Source of the DNA: Thermoleophilia bacterium | Lineage (GTDB): Bacteria; Actinomycetota; Thermoleophilia; BMS3ABIN01 | DNA: 64,000 bases | Assembly: GCA_014859345.1 (NCBI GenBank) | Contig: JACUUL010000005.1 | Location: forward strand, 1,072 to 65,071 | Direction of reading: 5' to 3' | In this document: positions 56,970 to 64,000 of the stretch, piece after piece | Layout of the letters: each line of letters starts with the position of its first letter | Position numbering within the stretch: position 1 is the stretch's first letter | The notes under the pieces: generated by a model | Told to the model about the DNA's origin: nothing | Seen by the model: the letters and a program-made list of their open reading frames with translations, nothing else | Database searches by the model: none | Program-made: the position numbers and the translations under genes

Positions 56970-58732
56970 CAGCCGGCCAGTAGTCGCAGTTTAAGAAGGA
57001 CGAGTTCCGCCAGCGATCTGAGCTGGGGGGAAGTGGCTATGACGACCGCCATGGGCACCATCGCCGCTGTCACGAGCACGCTTATTTCCACGGCCAGCCT
57101 CAGTGGCGTCGGATCGCAGATATTGATGGCAGCCGGGTCCGGGCCAGCCCTTCGCAGAACCCGGGCTCTCGTCGACTGCTGCTCGAGGGTCCAGGCCATG
57201 AGCCTGCTCCAGGCCCGGGGCAGAGACTCGCGCCCCTTGAGCACGGCCAGCAGGGCCAGCGGTGGTCCGAATACGACCAAAACCCTGAGCGGTTTCTGAA
57301 TATCCATGGAAACAGGCGCGTTCCACCAGAAGCTGTCGAAAAAGGTGACGCTGAACGAAAAGGCCAGCGCGGCCACCAGCATCAGCCGGTGGGGCCTGAG
57401 CGCGATCAGTCCCAGCGCCAGAGTCAGATACCATGGTTGAAACCAAAAAAGCGCAAAGGGGGTGAGAAAAGCAACTCCCGCGGCGGCCGACAGCATTCCG
57501 CCGAAGTGCCTGACACCGGCGATATGCCAGAGCAGGTAAAGGGCCAGTACGCCCGCGAGTGAACCCTGGACGATGGTATTGGACATGGAGAGCTCGATAT
57601 GGCCGGCGGCGGCATCCCTGATGAGCATCGATATCGTGAAGTTGGTCTTCTGGCCGACCGTGGTGAGATAGTAGAAGGTTTCGCGGCCGACCCAGAGAGG
57701 GAAGTAGCTCAGCACCGAGACCGCGGAGCACAGGGCCAGGATGCCCGCGCCCAGGCCCAGCCTGCGGGACAGGCCCTCCTGCTGCCGGATGGCGAGGGCC
57801 AGGTAGATCAACAGGATGGGCAGGGTGATGAACTTCACCAGCGTCGCCAGAGTTATGAAAAGGGCCCCGATGACCACCCGCTTTTCCAGATACATGAGAA
57901 AACCGGCTAGCACCAGCGTCAGCATGAGAATGTCGTTGTGGGCGTTGGCCACCACGAATGTCAGGATGAACGGGTTCCAGCCATAAAAGACGAGGGCCTT
58001 GTTTTCAAGTCCTGGTTTGAGCCTCCTGGCGAGTTTCCAGATCAGCCACAGATTGGTGAGGTTCAGGCCGATAAAGAATCCCTTGAAAATGAAGAAGTTG
58101 GCAGTGAAGCTATCGCCTGCGACCCGGGCCAGCAAGGCCATGAGGTAAACATGAAGAGAGCCATAAACAGAACCGGTGCCGACCCAGCCACCGGCAGTAA
58201 AGAACGGGTCATGAGGAAAGTACGTGGCCGGGATCACCAGTGGATTCTCACCATAGAAAGCCAGGATCCTTCCGTGACGGATATAATCGAAAATATCGGT
58301 CGAGAGCAGGAAAGGGGTAGCCAGCATTATCAGGTGGAACAGTACTGAAAAAACGACGATGACGCGGACCAGGCTCCTGCCGTATACGGGGCCATTCCGC
58401 AGGTGCGGCGGGTTGCCGGCAGGACCGCCGGCTGCCGCGCCGGCGGACCTTAAGGCGAACAGGTAGAGCCCGAACAGGGCCACTGCGTTTATGCTTAAAA
58501 AGACATAAAGAAGAAAATAGCTGGAAAATTTAAAACCGCCCTCCGTGGGCAATGCCAGGTAAGGCGGGAAACGGGTCCAGTCCGTGCCGGGTACCAAAAA
58601 AGGCATCGCAGCGAACTTGACATAAGCCAGAAGCAGGATGAACCCGGTCGCCACGATAACCTGCCGGGGCTTCTGCAAGCCGGCGGCCCAACAATCATTT
58701 ATGATTTTGCGGACATTCACGGGATTTCTCAT
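56969..58732 (-). CDS. polyprenol-phosphate-sugar-dependent GT-C glycosyltransferase (MptA/MptB-like)
   Basis: LSTDIFDY..HGR, SVYG, WNP, AHND, FQPWY; many TM segments. Confidence 0.85.
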   Translation of the reverse strand: MRNPVNVRKIINDCWAAGLQKPRQVIVATGFILLLAYVKFAAMPFLVPGTDWTRFPPYLALPTEGGFKFSSYFLLYVFLSINAVALFGLYLFALRSAGAAAGGPAGNPPHLRNGPVYGRSLVRVIVVFSVLFHLIMLATPFLLSTDIFDYIRHGRILAFYGENPLVIPATYFPHDPFFTAGGWVGTGSVYGSLHVYLMALLARVAGDSFTANFFIFKGFFIGLNLTNLWLIWKLARRLKPGLENKALVFYGWNPFILTFVVANAHNDILMLTLVLAGFLMYLEKRVVIGALFITLATLVKFITLPILLIYLALAIRQQEGLSRRLGLGAGILALCSAVSVLSYFPLWVGRETFYYLTTVGQKTNFTISMLIRDAAAGHIELSMSNTIVQGSLAGVLALYLLWHIAGVRHFGGMLSAAAGVAFLTPFALFWFQPWYLTLALGLIALRPHRLMLVAALAFSFSVTFFDSFWWNAPVSMDIQKPLRVLVVFGPPLALLAVLKGRESLPRAWSRLMAWTLEQQSTRARVLRRAGPDPAAINICDPTPLRLAVEISVLVTAAMVPMAVVIATSPQLRSLAELVLLKLRLLAG

Positions 58733-58958
58733 TATTCTGCAGGGAACCTCCGGGCGCGAACGGCCCGCATGGCAATTGAGGGAAGGACTCTCTCATGAGC
58801 CTTACTATCCTATAGAAAGAACTTTAAATGCTCAAGACGCCAAAAGTTTTGCAGCGGGCCGCGGCTAAATTATACTTAACGCGCACAGCGATTGCTCGGA
58901 AGTGCCTGTGACTGGCGGACAGACGCACGCACGGGTAAACAGTTCAGGAGGACAAGAC

Positions 58959-60332
58959 ATGGCAGAAACAGGCGCACCAGAAGAAATACAGGTCTACCGG
59001 GCAACTTGGGTAATGCCCATCACGTCTGATCCCATTTACGATGGCGCCGTCGCCGTCAAGGGTGACAGCATCGTGGCGGTGGCGCCGTTTGACAAGGTTT
59101 CGGATGCCTTCCCCGGAGCCAGAGTCATCGATTTTCAGGATGCGCTTCTTCTGCCCGGATTTGTCAACTGTCACAGCCATCTCGAATACGCCTGCTTCCG
59201 AGGGCTTATCGACAATCATAATTTTGGTCCCTGGATCCTGGAGTTCATCGGCTTCAAGGCCAGGCTCAACGGCCCTGATTATGCCGCCAGCGCCTATCTG
59301 GGCGCTGCGGAGTGCATTACCTCGGGAATAACGACCGTGGGTGACGCCATGTACTCCGGCGAGAGCCTCAAGGCCATCCGGCAATCCGGCCTGAGGGCGC
59401 GCGCCTATCAGGAGGCACTGGGCATCGATGACGCCCATCTGGACGATACCATGGCCCGGCTCTCTGAAAAGCTGGACGAGCTCAGGGAACAAACCGGAGA
59501 TCTGATCGAAATCGGTTTATTCCCTCATGCCACGTACACGGTGAGCGCCAGCCTCTACCGGGCCATAGCCGAGTATGCCCGGGAAAGGGGCATGATGGTC
59601 GCGTCACATGTGGCTGAGAGCAACGAGGAGACAATTTATATCCGCTCGGGCACCGGCATGCTGGCGCTGGACCTGCGGGAAAAGGTGGGATGGGATCACC
59701 TGAGCCGCCAGCCTTTCGGCGTGACGCCGGTCAAGTATCTGCAGCAATGGAATGTTTTCGGACCGGATTTCATGGCGGTTCATTGCGTGCATGTGGGGCC
59801 CCGCGACATCGACGTCATGGCCTCGCATGATGTGTCCGTGGCCCACTGCCCCAAGAGCAACGCCAAGCTGGGTTGCGGCATCGCGCCGCTGCCGGCCCTC
59901 CTCGAGGCGGGCATGCGGGTTGGCTTCGGCACTGACAGCCCCGCCAGCAGCAACATCATGGACATGTTCGGGGAGATGCGAACCGCTATTTTCTTGCATC
60001 GCGGCGTGCGCCGCGATACCAGGGTGCTCAATGCTGCCGACTGCGTTCTGATGGCCACCCTGGGAGGGGCGCGGGCCATGAGGATGGATGACCGCATCGG
60101 CTCCCTGGAGCCGGGGAAGCAGGCCGACATGATTGCTGTGGATATCAAGTTCAACCACTTCACGCCGGTTCACGATCCATATTCGGCGCTGGTTTACGGG
60201 GCCAACCAGGAGGATGTATTCTTCACGATGGTCGACGGCCGGGTCGTATACGACCGCAAGGTACTGAAGACCCTGGATAACGAGAAAATGACCGCGGATG
60301 CGCTCGAAGTAAAAAACAAGCTGCGCTCTTAG
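58959..60332 (+). CDS. amidohydrolase, MTA/SAH deaminase-like
   Basis: PGFVNCHSH, HVAES, HCP.SN.KL..G, GTD..ASSN, GSLEPGKQAD; AGGAGG SD. Confidence 0.88.
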   Translation: MAETGAPEEIQVYRATWVMPITSDPIYDGAVAVKGDSIVAVAPFDKVSDAFPGARVIDFQDALLLPGFVNCHSHLEYACFRGLIDNHNFGPWILEFIGFKARLNGPDYAASAYLGAAECITSGITTVGDAMYSGESLKAIRQSGLRARAYQEALGIDDAHLDDTMARLSEKLDELREQTGDLIEIGLFPHATYTVSASLYRAIAEYARERGMMVASHVAESNEETIYIRSGTGMLALDLREKVGWDHLSRQPFGVTPVKYLQQWNVFGPDFMAVHCVHVGPRDIDVMASHDVSVAHCPKSNAKLGCGIAPLPALLEAGMRVGFGTDSPASSNIMDMFGEMRTAIFLHRGVRRDTRVLNAADCVLMATLGGARAMRMDDRIGSLEPGKQADMIAVDIKFNHFTPVHDPYSALVYGANQEDVFFTMVDGRVVYDRKVLKTLDNEKMTADALEVKNKLRS

Positions 60333-60373
60333 GCCCGCCGCCGGCGCTTTTTTAGAATTTTCAAAGGGCGCAG

Positions 60374-61462
60374 CTAGTTCGTATATTCCACCGGCCAGAA
60401 CTCGCCAGGCCTCATATCCTTCTTCATCTCGCCGTAAAGAAATTTAATGGCGGGGCAATATTCCCTGATGGGCTGAAAAATATCGCCGGTCCACTGGAAA
60501 GTTGTCCCCAGACAATGTCCGCAGCATTGATAGCGTATCTCACAATCGCTGCACTCTTCCATATTTTCCACCCGGCGGCTGCGCAGATTATCCATCCTTT
60601 CGGGGAAGTAGTCGATCTCTTTCCTCTGCGCGTCCCACTTGCCGTAAATGAGATCCTGTATAGGCGTGTCGCCGGAAAAGGCCCGGTCGCAACTGGAGAC
60701 AAAACCATCCGGAGTCAGATGGGGCGTGGGCTCACAGGCGCGGCAATAAAATGAGCTGTGTCCATCGAAGTTGAAGACGAGATCGTTGGTGTAATGCACT
60801 CCCAGCTCCCTGGCATGCCGCCATGCTTCCACAAACTCGCGGGCGTAATCGATGATGTCCACCGCGTAGATATCATCAACCGTCTTGCCAACGGGATTAA
60901 GAACCGCCTTGGAGATAACGCAGTCGATGCCCAGCTCATGAATTTCGTCTATTATCTCCTTCTGGCGCCGCAGGTTGAACAGGCTAACGGTTAGACCGAT
61001 GCCCACGGAGGTCATGTCTTTAAGTCTCTCGACGGTTTTCAGAATCCTGCCGGTGCTGGGCGTATCTTCCGGTGTTACGCGAATCTGGTCGCAGACATCC
61101 CGGGGACCATCATAAGAGACCCAGACCCGGTGAATATGGTTGCCGATCCATTCGGCGACTTCATCATCGAAGCAGCCATTGGTCAGCAGCTCGAAATAAA
61201 CCCCCTCTCCGCCGGCCAGATCACAGGCGATCTCCCGCACTTTCTTGATGCCTTCAATGTTTTGCGTGGGCTCGCCGACGCTGTAAAATCTCACCTTGAA
61301 GTTGCGCGTCTTTTCGAAATATTCCTGCATGGCGGCGCGGACAAAATCGGTATCGATGTGAATGTTCTTCCTTTCCATCGATGAAGTGATGCAATATTTG
61401 CACCGCAGGTTGCAGGCGGTGGTCATCAGGCAGGTAATGAACTTCTTGTTGTAGTGGGCCAT
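60374..61462 (-). CDS. radical SAM/SPASM-domain enzyme, fourth gene of the ect operon
   Basis: CNLRCKYC, GEP, TNG, SYDG; SPASM-type C..C....TPDG.VSSC and CSDCEIRYQCCGHC...YC; AAGGAGG SD; 35 bp after ectC. Confidence 0.9.
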   Translation of the reverse strand: MAHYNKKFITCLMTTACNLRCKYCITSSMERKNIHIDTDFVRAAMQEYFEKTRNFKVRFYSVGEPTQNIEGIKKVREIACDLAGGEGVYFELLTNGCFDDEVAEWIGNHIHRVWVSYDGPRDVCDQIRVTPEDTPSTGRILKTVERLKDMTSVGIGLTVSLFNLRRQKEIIDEIHELGIDCVISKAVLNPVGKTVDDIYAVDIIDYAREFVEAWRHARELGVHYTNDLVFNFDGHSSFYCRACEPTPHLTPDGFVSSCDRAFSGDTPIQDLIYGKWDAQRKEIDYFPERMDNLRSRRVENMEECSDCEIRYQCCGHCLGTTFQWTGDIFQPIREYCPAIKFLYGEMKKDMRPGEFWPVEYTN

Positions 61463-61497
61463 GATTCAACCCCTCCTTTCTGTTCAATCGAACCGAT

Positions 61498-61899
61498 TCA
61501 GACCGGGTTTTCCTGCACCTCTTCCAGGGGATAGGCGCCATTTTCGTCGTGCACTTCCTGGCCGGTGCATGGCGGATTGAAAACACAGGCCATGCGCATG
61601 TCTGTCTTCGCCCTCAGTATGTGGTGGTCATGCCGGTCGAGAGCATAGATGGTTCCGGCCCTGACGGCATATATTTTTCCATCCTCGACGGTTTCCACCT
61701 CGCCATCGCCCTCGATGCAGTAGACCGCCTCCAGATGGTTTAAATACCGCATGTGCGTCTCCGTACCGGCATGGATTATCGTCTCGTGAAAAGAGAAACC
61801 CATACCATCCTGCTGAAGCAGCAGGCGCCGGCTTGTCCAGTTGGGGGTCGAGACCTCGGCCTCGGTGCCCATGATCTGTTCCACGCTCCTGACTATCAC
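61498..61899 (-). CDS. ectC: L-ectoine synthase
   Basis: MIVR, WTSRRLLL, GMGFSFHET, HLEAVYCIEG, CVFNPP.TG.EVHDENGAYP. Confidence 0.97.
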   Translation of the reverse strand: MIVRSVEQIMGTEAEVSTPNWTSRRLLLQQDGMGFSFHETIIHAGTETHMRYLNHLEAVYCIEGDGEVETVEDGKIYAVRAGTIYALDRHDHHILRAKTDMRMACVFNPPCTGQEVHDENGAYPLEEVQENPV

Positions 61900-63173
61900 C
61901 CGATACCTCCCGCCAGCAGGTTTTTCTTATGTTTGAGGACCGTGTAGAGGCACTCCTCGATTACGTCCAGGCCCCTGTACAGCAACTTGTCTTCGATGAT
62001 CAGCGGGGGGAGAAACTTGAGGACATTTTCCTCGGCTCCCGCCACCTCGATGACCATGCCTTTGTTAAACGCCTCTTTCGAGATCTCCGTTGCCAGGCCC
62101 TTGGGAGAGATATCCAGGCCATAGATCAGGCCGCGGCCTCTGACCTCCATTTCCAGCTCCGGAAACTCCTCCACCATCCTTTCCAGCTCCTCCTGGAGGA
62201 TTTCCGATTTCCGGAAGACCTCATCGGATAAACGGTCATCATCCCAGTAACGCAGCGCTTCCGTGGCGATTACGAATGCCAGGTTGTTGCCGCGGAAAGT
62301 GCCTGTATGCTCCCCCGGCTTCCACTGGTCGATTTCCGGTTTCAACAACACCAGCGACAGTGGCAGGCCGCCACCTATGGACTTTGACAACAATATGATA
62401 TCGGGATCGAGGCCGGCCTCTTCAAAGCTGAAAAAGTCGCCGGTGCGGCCGTTGCCCACCTGGATGTCGTCGATAATCAGAAGGATGTCCAGCTCCCGGC
62501 AGACCAGCTCGAGACCCTTCAGCCACCGGCTGCTCGCCACGTTGACCCCGCCTTCGGCCTGAATGGTTTCGACGATGATCGCCGCCGGCAGATCCACGCC
62601 GCTGCTTTTGTCCATCAGCGAGGCTCTCAAGTATTCGATGGTGTCGAAATCACCGTTCAGATAACCCTCGTAGGGCGCAAATGATACATTGATGCGGTTG
62701 ATAAAGGCCTCATCGCGGTAAAATGAGTTTCCCGTCAGGGCCATGGAGCCCATGGTAAGCCCGTGGAAGCCATTGGTAAAGGAAATGACGTTGGACCGTC
62801 CTTTTACCATCCGCGCCAGTTTCAGGGCCGTTTCCACGGCGTTGGTGCCGGTGGGGCCGGGGAACTGCACCTTGTAGTTCATGTTGCGAGGAACCAGGAT
62901 GGTGTCCCGGAGTTTTTCCAGAAACTCCTTTTTTGCCGCCGTGGCTTTATCCAGGCCATGGATGATTCCGTCGCTCTTTATGTACTCGATGAGCGCTTCG
63001 CTGAACCGGGGATTATTGTGTCCGTAATTAAGGGTCCCGGCTCCCGCGAAGAAATCCAGATATTCCCTGCCCTGTTCATCGTAAACCATACATCCCTTGG
63101 CTTTTTCAAACACCGTGGGAAACATGCGGATGTAACTTCGCACGTTCGATTCAATCTCTTCAAAAATACGCAT
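61896..63173 (-). CDS. ectB: diaminobutyrate-2-oxoglutarate transaminase
   Basis: ESNVRSY, DFFAGAG.LNYGHN, GPTGTNAVE, DDIQVG, LSKSIGG, GEHTGTFRGNN. Confidence 0.96.
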   Translation of the reverse strand: MRIFEEIESNVRSYIRMFPTVFEKAKGCMVYDEQGREYLDFFAGAGTLNYGHNNPRFSEALIEYIKSDGIIHGLDKATAAKKEFLEKLRDTILVPRNMNYKVQFPGPTGTNAVETALKLARMVKGRSNVISFTNGFHGLTMGSMALTGNSFYRDEAFINRINVSFAPYEGYLNGDFDTIEYLRASLMDKSSGVDLPAAIIVETIQAEGGVNVASSRWLKGLELVCRELDILLIIDDIQVGNGRTGDFFSFEEAGLDPDIILLSKSIGGGLPLSLVLLKPEIDQWKPGEHTGTFRGNNLAFVIATEALRYWDDDRLSDEVFRKSEILQEELERMVEEFPELEMEVRGRGLIYGLDISPKGLATEISKEAFNKGMVIEVAGAEENVLKFLPPLIIEDKLLYRGLDVIEECLYTVLKHKKNLLAGGIG

Positions 63174-63194
63174 AAGAAATAACACCTCTCCTTT

Positions 63195-63701
63195 CTATCG
63201 GGGTAACGGACCCAGGCTGAGAAGAATTTCTTCTTCATGCCTTTCCTCTTCAGGAAAAATATTCCGGCCTAAAAAAGGCCTTTCCTCGCAGGCTGTTTCC
63301 AGCTCGGACGCCAGAGATAGAAACAGGCTTCGGGAAGCCTGGTTTGATGGCGTTACAGTTGCTTCGATATACCTCGCGCCGCTGCCTGCCCGGCGCAGCA
63401 GTTCGCGCAACAGGGTTCTGCCAAGTCCCTGCTTTCTGGCGTCCGGAAGGACGGCTATCTGCCAGACAAAGATGACGCTCTCAGCTTGGGGCGGCCTGTA
63501 GGCAAGAACAAACCCGAGCAAGTGGGAATTTTTTTCAGCAATCAGGCATGTCCTGGAAAAATGCCTGCAAAAAAGGAGATAAAAGTAAGGGGAGTTAAGG
63601 TCCAGCGGCTTGCTCAGGCAGGCCAGGCTCCAGATGCGGGAGCCGTCTTCAATGCCGGGATTTCTGATTACGATCGGATTTTCGGCCGCTCGTTCGGAGA
63701 T
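63195..63701 (-). CDS. ectA: diaminobutyrate acetyltransferase; start codon uncertain, probably non-canonical
   Basis: LDLNSPY.YLL.C.HF..T, FVWQIAV, G.G, EATVTPSN.AS..LF, HEEE. Confidence 0.93.
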   Translation of the reverse strand: MSERAAENPIVIRNPGIEDGSRIWSLACLSKPLDLNSPYFYLLFCRHFSRTCLIAEKNSHLLGFVLAYRPPQAESVIFVWQIAVLPDARKQGLGRTLLRELLRRAGSGARYIEATVTPSNQASRSLFLSLASELETACEERPFLGRNIFPEEERHEEEILLSLGPLPR

Positions 63702-64000
63702 GTCGAACAGTCCTTTCAGAAAATAACGAGCATATATGTTCCACTTTCTGGAAGTGAATGTCAAATCTGTTGACCAGGAAGATGTCAAGTAATAAAAATC
63801 TACCGATGTGTCAATGGAGCTGCAGGCCGGGAAATTGGAATCGGGAGGCGGCGATCTCCATCGGCCCGGCCGGGGGGTTGGCTTATCCTGTGCACATTGA
63901 TATAATACGCGCAATACAAAGTCCACGAAAGACCCGGTTGTCCCTCGCGTTCCTTTTCTGAAACCTTACGGATCAACTGTGTCTGCAAGCGCAGTGCGAT

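Noticed and set aside
61463..61497. RiPP precursor peptide for the SPASM enzyme
   Set aside because: No small ORF fits on either side of the gene (35-bp and 41-bp spacers); a precursor elsewhere in the genome cannot be excluded.

Overview
GC-rich bacterial chromosomal segment, mostly housekeeping and anaerobic-metabolism genes. Gene content (MctB/SteB, MptB-type glycosyltransferase, LppP-like protein, tatA-tatC, apparent leaderless genes, together with FAS-II, mnmE/mnmG and parS) suggests a deep-branching, probably anaerobic Actinomycetota such as Thermoleophilia; this is an inference. It contains a fab/acc fatty-acid cluster, larB, a class I aldolase, a divergent proA, 2-oxoacid:ferredoxin oxidoreductase, PBP1A, an mnmE-(short mnmG paralog)-mnmG-rsmG-parA-parB-roadblock cluster with a perfect parS, nrdR-nrdJ with tandem NrdR boxes, tatAC and ectABC. 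The ORF track truncates two selenoproteins at in-frame UGA codons, each followed by a SECIS-like hairpin: SelD (GAG-U-ACK) and a [NiFeSe]-hydrogenase large subunit (DP-U-MACAVH). The strongest candidate for an undescribed system is the ectABC operon, whose fourth gene is a radical SAM/SPASM enzyme in the position usually held by the O2-dependent hydroxylase EctD. Other notable items: a Sec hydrogenase with a predicted [3Fe-4S] medial cluster and cytochrome b, a presenilin/SPP-like membrane protease, two genes lacking canonical starts, and a dispersed GGGGACA intergenic repeat. No rRNA, tRNA, CRISPR array or transposase was recognised. All calls are by motif recognition only; no searches were run.
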